Program-made: the position numbers and the translations under genes
Assembly: GCA_964413165.1 (NCBI GenBank)
Contig: CAYPSF010000004.1
Span: 1 to 62,542, forward strand
From: an uncultured Bifidobacteriaceae bacterium
GTDB lineage: Bacteria; Verrucomicrobiota; Verrucomicrobiia; Limisphaerales; UBA11358
Length of the DNA stretch: 62,542 nucleotides
Direction: 5' to 3'
Part shown: piece by piece, positions 50,685 through 60,796 of the stretch
Position numbering within the stretch: the stretch's first letter is position 1
How the letters are laid out: every line of letters begins with the position of its first letter
Notes under the pieces: generated by a model
The model's input: only the letters and a program-made list of their open reading frames with translations
Database searches by the model: none
Told to the model about the DNA's origin: nothing

Positions 50685-52079
50685 TCATTTTCGTTTCCGC
50701 CACCAATCCTTGAACGATTCCTTCGCCAGCGGCGGCAGATCGCGGGTTTTGGTCCAGGACCGCGCCGGGTCGAATACGCTGCCCTTCACCAGGCGATTCA
50801 GCGGCTGGACGAGGCGCCCGAACGTTTTTGCCAGCGACCACAACACCGGGTGGTTCACCAGCGACGCGAAGAGGTCATACCCGAATTGTTCGAGGATCGA
50901 CGCCTTCTGTCTCACGGCATTGCGGCGGTTCTGCAGCAGGTGATGGTGCAGGTTGATCTTCACCGGGCACGCTGCGGTGCAGGCGCCGCACAGTGACGAC
51001 GCGCTGGACAGATGCTTCCAATCCTGCAAGCCGCGCAGGTGCGGCGTGATGACCGAGCCGATCGGGCCGGAGTAGGTGGTGTTGTACGTTTGGCCACCGA
51101 CACTGCGGAAAACCGGGCAGACGTTCAGGCACGCACCGCAACGGATGCAATAGAGCGCGTCGCGCTGTTCCGGGTCGGCGAGCAGCCGGGTGCGGTGGTT
51201 GTCGAGCAGCACCACGTGAAATTCCACCGGCCCGTCACTCTCGCCCTGCAGGTGCGGGCCGCCATAAAGCGTGTTGTAACCCGTCATCGGCTGCCCGGCG
51301 CCGGCAGTCGCCAGCATCGGCAGAAATAACGCGAGGTCCGCCATGCGCGGCAAGATCTTCTCGATGCCCAGCAGGGTGATCATTGTCTTCGGCAGGGCGG
51401 CGGTCAGCCGGGCGTTGCCTTCGTTTTCCGTGATGGAAATCATGCCGGTCTCGGCGATGGCGAAATTCGCGCCGGTAATGCCGACGTCGGCGGTTAGGAA
51501 TTTTTCGCGGAGAACGCGGCGGGCGATCAGGGTGAGGTCCTCGGGATTGTCCGAGGGCGCGTTGCCGAGCTTGCTCTGGAACAATTCCTTGATCTGGCCG
51601 CGGGTCAGGTGCATCGAGGGAAATACGATGTGATACGGCGCCTCGTGGCGAAGCTGGACGATGAACTCGCCCAGGTCGCTTTCAATCACCTCAAATCCGG
51701 CGCGTTGCAATGCCTCGTTCAGATGAATCTCCTCGGCGGTCATGGCCTTGGACTTGATGATGGTGCGCGCAGCTTTGTCGCGCGCGATATCGATGATGAT
51801 ATCGCGCGCCTGTTTGTCGGTGCTGGCCCAGTGGACATTGGTCCCGCGCGCGGTGAGTCTGGTGGTAAATTCTTCGAGATGCCGGTCGAGGTGGTTGATG
51901 GCTTCCCATTTCGTTTCGGCGGCGGCCTGGCGCGCGGTTTCCCAGTCCCGGAACGCGGCCTGGCGCTGGTCGCGGGCGATTTCGTAATTGCCTAGGGCGG
52001 TGCGGATGGCCTGGCGCTGGCGCAAATCGGCGGTGACGAGCGCGGCGTCCTTCAGAAATTTTGCGGCGTTACCGGTCAT
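50685..52079 (-). CDS. lutB: Lactate utilisation protein B
   Basis: KSKAMTAEEI, ESDLGEFIVQL, ENEGN, CIRCGACLNVCP, SSLCGACTAACP. Confidence 0.93.
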   Translation of the reverse strand: MTGNAAKFLKDAALVTADLRQRQAIRTALGNYEIARDQRQAAFRDWETARQAAAETKWEAINHLDRHLEEFTTRLTARGTNVHWASTDKQARDIIIDIARDKAARTIIKSKAMTAEEIHLNEALQRAGFEVIESDLGEFIVQLRHEAPYHIVFPSMHLTRGQIKELFQSKLGNAPSDNPEDLTLIARRVLREKFLTADVGITGANFAIAETGMISITENEGNARLTAALPKTMITLLGIEKILPRMADLALFLPMLATAGAGQPMTGYNTLYGGPHLQGESDGPVEFHVVLLDNHRTRLLADPEQRDALYCIRCGACLNVCPVFRSVGGQTYNTTYSGPIGSVITPHLRGLQDWKHLSSASSLCGACTAACPVKINLHHHLLQNRRNAVRQKASILEQFGYDLFASLVNHPVLWSLAKTFGRLVQPLNRLVKGSVFDPARSWTKTRDLPPLAKESFKDWWRKRK

Positions 52080-52093
52080 GCCAAATGGGTTTT

Positions 52094-52310
52094 AACCACG
52101 GATGGGAACGAATGAACACGAATGAACCCGGAATGGCAGGATGCTTTTCCCCTCGCCCCGCCCAAGCGGGGAGAGGGACAGGGTGAGAGGATTTGAGCTT
52201 GACGCGCCACCTCACCCCGACCCTCTCCCCCAACTCCGTTGGCGGAGAGGGAGCAAACGCAGCAGCGCCTTTCGGCAATCCAGCCGAGTTCATCCGTGTT
52301 GATCCATAGT
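52094..52310. repeat. Composite intergenic element: CCACGGAT/ATCCGTG tandem arms enclosing two CCCTC...GAGAGGG hairpins
   Basis: Left arm CCACGGATGGGAACGAATGAACACGAAT, right arm GTTCATCCGTGTTGATCCATAGT. Inside are CCCCTCGCCCCGCCCAAGCGGGGAGAGGG and CCCTCTCCCCCAACTCCGTTGGCGGAGAGGG. Confidence 0.7.
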
Positions 52311-52320
52311 AAAAAGGATT

Positions 52321-53037
52321 TCATTTCTGGGCGAGCACCTCGGCGAGGTGGATGGTTTTGATTTTGCCGCCCTGCCGGCTCAGCAAGCCCTGGAGATGCA
52401 TCAGGCAGCTTGAATCGCCTGACACAATGTAATCCGCGCCGGTCTCGACGGCGGAGGCGCATTTCACGTCGCCCATGGCGGTGGAAATCATGGGGAACTT
52501 TGTCGCAAACGTGCCGCCGAAACCGCAGCACGTCTCGGCCTCGGACATCTCGACGAGTTCCAGGTCGCGGACCTCCGCCAGCAACGTTCGCGGCGGGGTC
52601 TTGATGCCGAGTTCGCGCAGGCCGTGACAACCGTCGTGAAACGTCACCCGGGCTGGGAACCGTGCGTCGAGGTCGGTCACCTTCAATTTGTTGACGAGGA
52701 AATCGGAAAATTCCCAGGTGCGCGCGGCGACCTGGTTGGCCAGCTCCTCGTGCCGGGTCTCGGCGAACAATTCCGGATAAAACTTTTTGACCATGGCGCC
52801 GCAGGAGCCGGAACCAATGACGACAGCCTCGGCGTTCCGGAGCGCCTGCAGGGTTTTGATGGCGACGGGCCAGGCCTCGTTCCAGTAACCGGAGTTGAAG
52901 GCGGGCTGGCCGCAACAGATGAGGTTCGACGGGCAAACGACCTTGTGGCCGAGCTTTTCGAGAATTTGCACCATGCTGATGCCTGCGCGCGGAAACAGCG
53001 CGTCCACATAACAGGGAATGAACAGCGTGACGGTCAT
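52321..53037 (-). CDS. lutA: Lactate utilisation protein A (CCG Fe-S oxidoreductase)
   Basis: FIPCYVD, CCGQPAFNSG, SGSC, TFHDGCH, CCGFGGTFA, DSSCLMH. Confidence 0.93.
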   Translation of the reverse strand: MTVTLFIPCYVDALFPRAGISMVQILEKLGHKVVCPSNLICCGQPAFNSGYWNEAWPVAIKTLQALRNAEAVVIGSGSCGAMVKKFYPELFAETRHEELANQVAARTWEFSDFLVNKLKVTDLDARFPARVTFHDGCHGLRELGIKTPPRTLLAEVRDLELVEMSEAETCCGFGGTFATKFPMISTAMGDVKCASAVETGADYIVSGDSSCLMHLQGLLSRQGGKIKTIHLAEVLAQK

Positions 53038-53154
53038 GCGTTCCCCGAGCATTGTTCACTCCGCGGGGCGCAGTGTCATCAAAAAAATCTCGCAAAAAAC
53101 AAACTTCATTCGTGGTTTGACAAACCGGGGCCGCGGCCCAAATGTTACCGGGTC

Positions 53155-53643
53155 ATGGCCAATTCGTTCCCGCCAGAGATCAAACGGTTCCGGACGTCAA
53201 TTGGGGCGGTTTTTCTTTTCGAATTTGTCGGCGGGATGTCCGGTGCCTTCGTGCTGGCACTGGGTCTCGTTGTTCGCCATTACGGAGCGGCCAACCTTCA
53301 TTGGAGGTCGTTCCTGATCGCCGGCGGGTGGACGGTGATATTTTTTGGAATCCCATTTTCCGTCTTGTTGGCTTTGACGATCAACAGGTTTTTCCCCGTC
53401 GGTTTTTCCCCGGATGGGATTTTCGGCCATTCGCTTTGGGGGCGGCGCTCTTTGGTCCGCTGGCAGGACATCTCGATGGTGCGGAAGTTCAACCTGGCAA
53501 ATCTGGCATACCTTCGAATTTATTCCGGCCCGGGCGGAAAAACTATCTGGTTGCCGCTGTTTCAGTCACGTTCGGCTGAATTTCAGGAAGAGATCCGGAA
53601 ACTTGCGCCTGCCAATTGCCCCATTCTGAGCTATCTCAAATAA
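53155..53643 (+). CDS. Hypothetical membrane protein with a PH-like C-terminal part
   Basis: Two hydrophobic segments, then GIFGHSLWG...VRWQDIS. Preceded by TTGACA-N17-AAATGT. Confidence 0.65.
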   Translation: MANSFPPEIKRFRTSIGAVFLFEFVGGMSGAFVLALGLVVRHYGAANLHWRSFLIAGGWTVIFFGIPFSVLLALTINRFFPVGFSPDGIFGHSLWGRRSLVRWQDISMVRKFNLANLAYLRIYSGPGGKTIWLPLFQSRSAEFQEEIRKLAPANCPILSYLK

Positions 53644-53671
53644 TCACGTTCAGTGAACTTCTTGCCAAGGC

Positions 53672-56203
53672 TTAAGGTCCGATTTGAATGCGATAAAAGC
53701 GCATGGGTGCCGCTGAATTGGAAACTTCCAGGCTGAGCGGCATTCCGGGTGAGTTCGTAATGCCAATCACCTGCCATCCGCTCATCAGGTTGGTGCTCGT
53801 CAGCAGAGTATAATCCGGTCCTTGCCCGCCATCGACCTCAAGACTTATCCCGGCGTCCGATACGTTGATTGAACTGATTTTCGGGAGGGTCAGAGGATTG
53901 ACCACAATTACGAAATTATTGGTCGCCCCAAGATTGGGCGCTCCGTTTTCGGCCACTTGTACGGTAATCAGGTTGGTAGTGCTGGCCTGGCTGACCATCG
54001 GACGCCAGGCAAAGACCGCGTCGGTATTGTTGAGCGGCGTCAAGGTGGCATTGGTCGGGGCGTTAAGGAAATTAAATGCCAGGGTAGGAGGCGGTTGGTT
54101 GGCATCGGTGGCTGTGTTAGTGATCATCAGGGTAAATCCAACATCGATGCTGCGGTTGGCAACCGGCGCCAGTGTGGGCGGGGTACTGGCGCTGCCCTGG
54201 CCGGTGAAGGTGGTCACGCTCAAAGGGGGCAGGGCAAAAGTGAAGGAAGAATCCACCACGCTGACAATGGATTGTCCCGCCAATGAGAGATTGCTGGAAG
54301 TGATCCACGGGGTCACCGATGTCACCGCGGGGAAATGGGTCAAATTAAAAATCTGGGTGATGCTGGCGGAATTGGGATTGATGGCAGCAATGGCGAACCC
54401 CAGGGAATTGGTATCCTGATAGGCGCTGACCGAAATAAAAGCATTGTTGGAGACGCCGATGCAGTAACTGCCCGGCCGGACAAACCGACTGTAATTGCCC
54501 AGGGTAAACAGCCGTTTGGTGATCGCGGCATTGTTATCCAACAATCCCTGGTTTCCGCCCGAGCCGCTGATGAGCCACCAGTAATGCCAGGCGTTTACCC
54601 GGGCGACGGTCATGAAAAGATGGATCCGCTGGGCATAGTAGATGCCATTGTTGATGCTGCCATCGCTGCCGGACAACAGGGAAACTTCCGTTTGCCAAAG
54701 GGATTTGCCATAATTGTTTTTGGTCAGCTGAGCCGGGCCGTTGTTGCCATCATAATTGTGGTCGGCGACGATGCCGACTTCGGCGGCAACGTTGGGGTCG
54801 TTCATGGCGGTGGCGGCGAGATTGGAATAATCCTGCCAGTTTTGGCTTTCCGGCAGCATGATTTTGGTTGAAGCGACGTTGCTGGCGGTGAGTGCCGCGT
54901 AAAGGTACGGGACAAAATCGTGAATTTGTTGAGCGGTCCAGTTGCAGGACTCGTAGGTGGTGACCCGGGCATCCGGTTCATTTTGGACCGAGAGCGCATA
55001 GAGGTTGACTCCGTACTGGTGTTGCATGTTGGCCACATAGCCGGCCAGCTGCGAGGCGTAGGCCTGATAATTGGTCAGGGTCCCCAGAAAACCGCCGCCA
55101 TTGACATTGGCGTTGCTCTTGAAGGGCACGGCAGCCGGGCTCCAGGGTGTGCTCCAGACTTTGGCGCCGCGGGCCTGGGCCATCTGCATAATGGTGTTTT
55201 CCACTGTGGTTCCACCCGGTGCAATCCGGGTCCGTAACAGCGAGAGGCCCACTCCATTGTTGGTGGTTTTCTTTCCCAGGTTGTCGGTGTACACAATGCC
55301 ACTATTCGTGGAAAACAACAGGTCAGCCTGGGCGGTGGTCCAGATGCTTTGCCAGGCGGATGAGGCGCCAAACCCGTCGATTTTCTGGTGCACGTCATTC
55401 CAATCCACAACGCAGTTGTTGACGACAGGAACCGGACCGACAAAACGGATATTATCCACCCACAATGTCGTGCTGCCATTCAACGCGGGGGAGGTGTACG
55501 GCCCAAAAATATGGATCAGCACGCTGTAGATGTTCTGCAGGCTGGTGTAGGTAACCGGGTCAATGGGAATGCTGACATGAACCCAGTTGGAGTTGGTGGC
55601 GGCGATATCGACGCCGTAACTGGGGCCGCCAAAAAAGGCCTGACCGCCGAGGGCTGTGCTGGTGCCGAATTGCAGATGGCCAAACGTGGCAACTCCGCCG
55701 ATCACGGCCGTGGCCGATCCGGGCGCAAAGCGGACATCACATTGAAAATTCGTGTAGAACAACCCGATCAAAGCCGGGGTGATGCCATTCAGGCCATTGT
55801 AAACCGCAAATTGATTACTCGTGCCATTGAAGGCTGCGGTGATCTTCAGGGAACCCGACGCGGGGCTGGTATCGGCATCGCTGGTGGAATCCCAACTCAC
55901 GCTGGTGAACGCGGTCCCAAACCAATTGCCCCAGACATTGGTAATCTGGCCGCTGGCGTAATTGTTGCCGCCGGTTCCCGATGGGTCAAACTGGTCAAGC
56001 ACATAAGCCGTCTGGGCCAGGACCGTTTCAACGGATGCGAGGAGGACGAGCAGAGCAAAAAAATTCAGGGCGAAGAGCGATCGGATCAGGCAAAGGCTTT
56101 TTTTATTGGAATTAAAAAACGGCGCCGACAGCGGCGCCGTTCCACTGCTGCCACCGGTTGCCACCGGTGCCGGAAGATATGTTGGTAGTTTGGGGTTTGC
56201 CAT
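53672..56203 (-). CDS. Secreted GH30 glycoside hydrolase with an N-terminal unknown module and a C-terminal cadherin-like domain
   Basis: GFGAS, LSLLRTRI, WSTPWSP, acid/base QNEP, nucleophile LWQTEV, NAWHYWW. Start at 56203 or 56251. Confidence 0.88.
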   Translation of the reverse strand: MANPKLPTYLPAPVATGGSSGTAPLSAPFFNSNKKSLCLIRSLFALNFFALLVLLASVETVLAQTAYVLDQFDPSGTGGNNYASGQITNVWGNWFGTAFTSVSWDSTSDADTSPASGSLKITAAFNGTSNQFAVYNGLNGITPALIGLFYTNFQCDVRFAPGSATAVIGGVATFGHLQFGTSTALGGQAFFGGPSYGVDIAATNSNWVHVSIPIDPVTYTSLQNIYSVLIHIFGPYTSPALNGSTTLWVDNIRFVGPVPVVNNCVVDWNDVHQKIDGFGASSAWQSIWTTAQADLLFSTNSGIVYTDNLGKKTTNNGVGLSLLRTRIAPGGTTVENTIMQMAQARGAKVWSTPWSPAAVPFKSNANVNGGGFLGTLTNYQAYASQLAGYVANMQHQYGVNLYALSVQNEPDARVTTYESCNWTAQQIHDFVPYLYAALTASNVASTKIMLPESQNWQDYSNLAATAMNDPNVAAEVGIVADHNYDGNNGPAQLTKNNYGKSLWQTEVSLLSGSDGSINNGIYYAQRIHLFMTVARVNAWHYWWLISGSGGNQGLLDNNAAITKRLFTLGNYSRFVRPGSYCIGVSNNAFISVSAYQDTNSLGFAIAAINPNSASITQIFNLTHFPAVTSVTPWITSSNLSLAGQSIVSVVDSSFTFALPPLSVTTFTGQGSASTPPTLAPVANRSIDVGFTLMITNTATDANQPPPTLAFNFLNAPTNATLTPLNNTDAVFAWRPMVSQASTTNLITVQVAENGAPNLGATNNFVIVVNPLTLPKISSINVSDAGISLEVDGGQGPDYTLLTSTNLMSGWQVIGITNSPGMPLSLEVSNSAAPMRFYRIQIGP

Positions 56204-56297
56204 TTCAGATTCAGGAGGGGCGGGCATTTGCCGGTGGACGGCAAAAGCCACGCCCCACCCGATTTTAACGGTGGAATATTGATGATTGGCCGGTCGA

Positions 56298-57887
56298 TCA
56301 GTTGTTGAGCGGTGGATTGGATAACCGGAAGAAAGTCGTTTTGCTGGTGTTGCCCAGATTGGAGGGGAGGATATCGGGCGTCACCAGCAGCCAATGCTTG
56401 AGGCCGTATTGAGCGGGTGTTCCATCGTTGCCAAAAAAGCCATTGTAAAAACCCGGTAAATGCCAATCGGCGGAGTTGGTCAAATCCGGGCTGATCGCCA
56501 GACCAAAACCGGTATCGGGCAAGGTCCAGCTGACCCAATAAGGATTGTTGGTGGTTACGAGAGCGAGGCTGGCGCCCTGCTGCGACATGTTGTTCCAACT
56601 GCCGGATACGCTGGTCTCCTTCGTGAAATCTTCCGACACATTGGCTCCCACGACGTTCGTGATGGAAATGGAGGCCCAATCTTCAAATTGCCCTTCGCCG
56701 GCCGTGGAATTCGGTTGCAGCCCAAAATAAGCGACCAACGGATTGGCGAAGTCGGTGGCGACGGTCCCGTTGGTGATGGTGAAGGTAACCGGACTGGCGT
56801 TCGGCGCGGTCAAGGTTCCGGTATTGGGACCGGTGAAAGACAGCTTCCAGGTGCCAATCGCCGTCGAATTGGTGATTTTGAGGGCGTTGTTGCCACCGGC
56901 GTCGAACGCATTGGCGCCCGGCAGGTTGGTCTTCCAATAAATATTGGCAACCACGCTTCCGGCAGTGGGGCCCGGGCCGAGCGTCAGCCACAGGCCGTTG
57001 GTTGCCGTATAATCAACCCCATTGTAGCCGTAGGGATCGGCGCCCGGGGTGGAGTTCACCGGCACCAGGAAGAGATGGGTCTGATTGATGCTGTTGGGGT
57101 AGCTGAGCAGGGTGAAGGTATAACTTACCGGGTAAGTGCCACCGATCCAGGACTGGTTCTGGTCAACCGTGGCCAATTCTTCGCGGGAAAATTGATTTCC
57201 GGTATCGCCGGCGAATATCCGCAGGGCGGGCCGGGTGCGTTCAATGCTCAGGGTCGGCGGCGGATTGGTCGGCACGACCGCCGGACCGGTGAATTTGATG
57301 TTATCGACGTACATGGTGGACGTTCCATTCATGGTGGTTCCGAACGTATGAATCTGGAACCCGATGGTAGGGATGCTGACCAACGCCGGCTGGGCGATCG
57401 CGTTGATGGCTATTTGAAAGTGCACCCAATTCAAATTGCTGGCCGGGATGGAAGTGTAATTACCGAGTTGAACCGGATTGAAACTGCCGTCGCGTGTCCA
57501 AAAAGCCAGGCCGCCGAAGGTGCCATTGCCGGCAACTGCCGAAGTGGGATCGAAGCGGATGTCGAATTCAAGGTTGGTGATCGTGTTGCCGTCCAGGGGC
57601 GGAGCAAAACCAGAACCGCCTTTCCAGACCAGCAATTGCTGGCTGGCACCGGTAAAAGCGCCGACAATTTGCAGAGAACCGGAAGCGGCATTGGTCTGGG
57701 CATCGTTGGAGCTCCACATATTGGTCGTGTATTGGGCTCCGAACCAGTTGGTCCAACCGGTTACGGTATCAGGCGTGTCAAAGGTAATGTTAGTGATGAT
57801 GGTTTGTGCGGGGCTGGACACTCCAAAGGCGATTAACGCGAGCATGGCCAGTAATCCCGGTGTTTGCTTGATCTTGGTTATTTTCAT
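56298..57887 (-). CDS. Secreted non-catalytic protein sharing the N-terminal module of the GH30
   Basis: Signal peptide MKITKIKQ...SSPA, then WTNWFG...SGSL...DIRF...YVDNIKF. Asn/Thr rich. Confidence 0.78.
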   Translation of the reverse strand: MKITKIKQTPGLLAMLALIAFGVSSPAQTIITNITFDTPDTVTGWTNWFGAQYTTNMWSSNDAQTNAASGSLQIVGAFTGASQQLLVWKGGSGFAPPLDGNTITNLEFDIRFDPTSAVAGNGTFGGLAFWTRDGSFNPVQLGNYTSIPASNLNWVHFQIAINAIAQPALVSIPTIGFQIHTFGTTMNGTSTMYVDNIKFTGPAVVPTNPPPTLSIERTRPALRIFAGDTGNQFSREELATVDQNQSWIGGTYPVSYTFTLLSYPNSINQTHLFLVPVNSTPGADPYGYNGVDYTATNGLWLTLGPGPTAGSVVANIYWKTNLPGANAFDAGGNNALKITNSTAIGTWKLSFTGPNTGTLTAPNASPVTFTITNGTVATDFANPLVAYFGLQPNSTAGEGQFEDWASISITNVVGANVSEDFTKETSVSGSWNNMSQQGASLALVTTNNPYWVSWTLPDTGFGLAISPDLTNSADWHLPGFYNGFFGNDGTPAQYGLKHWLLVTPDILPSNLGNTSKTTFFRLSNPPLNN

Positions 57888-57942
57888 GGGTTTTATGGTT
57901 TGAGGGTTGAAGGAGAAAGTCTTGCTGGGTGAGGTTTGCGGT

Positions 57943-58755
57943 TTAATAAAAGTTCGGATAAGCACCAGCGCCGCCGGACATTTGCCATTGCACGTTGATG
58001 CGGCTGTGAGTGTCCACATGGCCATCAGCAAAGCCCACATTCACGGAGTGAAGCGTATTGTTATAAAAATGGGCCTCAGCTTTTGAAATGGAATCCACAC
58101 TGGTGGAGCTGCCCTCCGCCAGGTCGCTGATGATCGGTGCGGCGGCGGCGGTTGTTTCACTGGTCTTCAGCGGCCAACCTCCGGTGGCGCCCGCGGGAAA
58201 AACCTCCTGCGAGGCGCTCAGCGCTGGAAACAATTCGACCCCGGTACCGAGCGATTGCGGCCGGGGCACCCACCAGGCATGCAACAGTTTTCCATAACCT
58301 CCATTGAGCGAACGCCCGCCGGTTTTGGTCGAGCTGAAATAATTGCTCAGGTCTGAATTCAAGAGCATGGGACGATGAAAGTTCAGCTGGTACCAGTCGT
58401 TCGCCGTGTCAAAGTCGGCAGGCCGGACCGGACAGAAATACATCGGGATGGTCATGCCGTAAGGAATCAAGATGGCAACGAAATTAGTTGAGACGTCTGA
58501 TGGATTTTCACCGGACTTCGACACGGGGAAAGACGGCATTTTGCTTTGCATATCATCGTTGGCATAAATGTTCGCCATCGTAGTCCATTGCTTGAAATTG
58601 GCTGTGCAATTGACGGTCCGGGCGCGAAATTTTGAGCTGGCCAATGCCGGCAACAACAGCGCCGCCAGGATGGCAATGATGGCAATCACGACGAGCAATT
58701 CAATCAGGGTAAAGCCGTCGCGCGGGCGTTTTTTATTATTGAATTCACCATTCAT
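57943..58755 (-). CDS. Prepilin-type N-terminal cleavage protein with a C-terminal H-X9-DG-like motif
   Basis: [25 protein letters not shown], then [19 protein letters not shown]. Confidence 0.92.
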   Translation of the reverse strand: MNGEFNNKKRPRDGFTLIELLVVIAIIAILAALLLPALASSKFRARTVNCTANFKQWTTMANIYANDDMQSKMPSFPVSKSGENPSDVSTNFVAILIPYGMTIPMYFCPVRPADFDTANDWYQLNFHRPMLLNSDLSNYFSSTKTGGRSLNGGYGKLLHAWWVPRPQSLGTGVELFPALSASQEVFPAGATGGWPLKTSETTAAAAPIISDLAEGSSTSVDSISKAEAHFYNNTLHSVNVGFADGHVDTHSRINVQWQMSGGAGAYPNFY

Positions 58756-58765
58756 AAAATCCAGA

Positions 58766-59317
58766 TCATCGAAGCGGCATCCGGTCAGAAGGTCGAAGTT
58801 TATTCGGGTGCATTTTTTGGCGTTGAGCGGAGGTCGGGTCCGAGCCGGGTTGGCCTGATGCGAGAGGTCGAAAAAGGCTGAAGCTGATTCGGCAATCCCG
58901 GGCCGGTTGATTGGGGTTTTTCCTGAGCCGGCGGTACCCGCTGGGCGACGTGCGGTTGACCGATTTGAACACGCGGGAAAAATAGAACGGGTCGTCGTAT
59001 CCGAGCGTGGCGGCAATTTCCTTCACGCTTAACATCGTCACATCCAGCAAATGGCGGGCGTATTCCATGCGCAGCCGGATGAAGTAGTCGATGGGTGTAT
59101 GACCCATCTGGTTTTTGAACACGGCAAAGAAACGTGACGGAGAAATATTGACTTGCGCGGCCAGCGTAGCCACCTGCAGCGGTTCATTCAGGTGCCGCAA
59201 CATGTAAGCGACGGTTTGTTCAATCTTGCGGACCATTTCCGACTCCCGGGACTCCGGTGAATAGCCGGGCAGCCTTTGCCAGGCCGTTTCCGGTGCTTCG
59301 ATTTCGATGGTTCTCAT
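58766..59317 (-). CDS. AraC-family regulator, DNA-binding domain only
   Basis: [39 protein letters not shown]. No effector domain. Confidence 0.9.
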   Translation of the reverse strand: MRTIEIEAPETAWQRLPGYSPESRESEMVRKIEQTVAYMLRHLNEPLQVATLAAQVNISPSRFFAVFKNQMGHTPIDYFIRLRMEYARHLLDVTMLSVKEIAATLGYDDPFYFSRVFKSVNRTSPSGYRRLRKNPNQPARDCRISFSLFRPLASGQPGSDPTSAQRQKMHPNKLRPSDRMPLR

Positions 59318-59330
59318 TAATTTGGCGGTA

Positions 59331-59355
59331 AATTAGTTCGACGTACGAACAAAAT
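59331..59355. promoter_or_regulatory. Candidate ROK (XylR-type) operator upstream of araC
   Basis: Palindrome AATTAGTTCG-N5-CGAACAAAAT. Confidence 0.55.
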
Positions 59356-59391
59356 GACTCATCGCTGCCGCTTCAGTTATGTTTATCCGGG

Positions 59392-60603
59392 TCATGCGAT
59401 GAGGGGGGCGCCAAAGTGTTTTTGCAGGACGAGGGCGATGGTGCCCCGCAACCGGGGCTGCGCTACGGGATCCGTCGGAACTATCCGGGTCACCGCCTGG
59501 GTGAAGGAGCGGCGCGTGACCGCTTCGGCCACAACCGGTCCCACCTTGTCCCAAACCTGGGTCACCTCGCCGACGACGACCAATACGTCCGGCGCCAGAA
59601 CGGAGACCAGCATGGCAATGCCTTCGCCCAAATGTTGGGCCATGTGATTCAATGCCTGGCAGGCCCGGGAGTCATTCTGCGCCACCAATCGCAAAATATC
59701 GCTGAAGGGAGGCTTGGCCATGTCGCTTTTGGATCCCACTTCGCCCTTGCGGACCGAAGCCGATTCTGTATAGCGGCGCACCGCAGCGGCATTGGATGCC
59801 AATCCTTCCCAACAGGCATTGTTGCCGCCCCGGCACCGGGGCCCGTCCGTTGACCGTGTCCCCTGGCCGAATTCCCGCATGGTGCCCCGCGAACCCCGCA
59901 GCAACTGGCCGTTCATAATCATCCCCACTCCGATATCGTCCGACACGGTAATCGCCACGAGATTGCGCACCGCGTCCCCATGTCTCCCGGACCACAATTC
60001 GGCCAGGGCGCAGGCGTTGGCCGCATTCTCCAACTCCACCGGCAGCCCGATGCTTTGCTCCAGCCGGGTTTTCAGGTCTAATCCTCTCCACCCCAGGGTC
60101 GGAGCAAAAATCAATTGTTCCGTTGACGAATCGATCCAGCCGGGAACGCTGATGCCGATGCCCTCATACGAATTCTTGGGATAGGCCCGCATCAAATCCT
60201 TGATCCGGCGGTTCAGTCGGGCGATGAATTCCTCCGGATTCTTTTCCGTGGGCACGGACTCCTGCGCCAGGAACTCGCTTTCCATGCTGGAAATCGCCAG
60301 GGTGGTTTTGGCCGGCTGAATATCCACCCCCGCCACGCCACAGCGCTCCGTATTCAGATGAAGGAAAGTCGGTTTGCGACCCCGGGGCAAATCTCCCATC
60401 GCTCCTTCTCTCAGCCAACGCTCGGCAATCAACCGCTCGGCAATCGCCGATACGGTGCTGCGTTGCAACCCCGAATAACGCATCAAATCCGCCCGCGACA
60501 CCGGCTGATGCTTGCGGACCAGGTTAAGCATGATCCGGCTGTTGATATCTCGGGCCGTCTCACTGGTTGCCACCTGAAAATTGTTTAAATCAATTTTGCG
60601 CAC
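59392..60603 (-). CDS. ROK-family transcriptional regulator (XylR/NagC-like)
   Basis: HTH SRADLMRYSGLQRSTVS, GRKP, GIGISVPG, VELENAANACALAE. GTG start at 60603. Confidence 0.9.
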   Translation of the reverse strand: MRKIDLNNFQVATSETARDINSRIMLNLVRKHQPVSRADLMRYSGLQRSTVSAIAERLIAERWLREGAMGDLPRGRKPTFLHLNTERCGVAGVDIQPAKTTLAISSMESEFLAQESVPTEKNPEEFIARLNRRIKDLMRAYPKNSYEGIGISVPGWIDSSTEQLIFAPTLGWRGLDLKTRLEQSIGLPVELENAANACALAELWSGRHGDAVRNLVAITVSDDIGVGMIMNGQLLRGSRGTMREFGQGTRSTDGPRCRGGNNACWEGLASNAAAVRRYTESASVRKGEVGSKSDMAKPPFSDILRLVAQNDSRACQALNHMAQHLGEGIAMLVSVLAPDVLVVVGEVTQVWDKVGPVVAEAVTRRSFTQAVTRIVPTDPVAQPRLRGTIALVLQKHFGAPLIA

Positions 60604-60612
60604 AACATGGGC

Positions 60613-60631
60613 TTGTTTGATAGGCAACCTA
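60613..60631. promoter_or_regulatory. Second candidate ROK operator (autoregulation)
   Basis: TTGTTTG-N5-CAACCTA, the same geometry as the site at 59331. Confidence 0.4.
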
Positions 60632-60796
60632 CCAACTCGATTGCTGTTTGAACATGGGTGGAAACACCTATGAACCGGTCCCGGCAGCGCTATTGGCAAT
60701 GATTTCAGGACGGTCCACGCCTCAATATTTTCTGCCGTGGTCAAAAATGTTGACTTGTTGTTCTTCGCGAGCGCAGCCTGACGGGACGTTTTCGAT

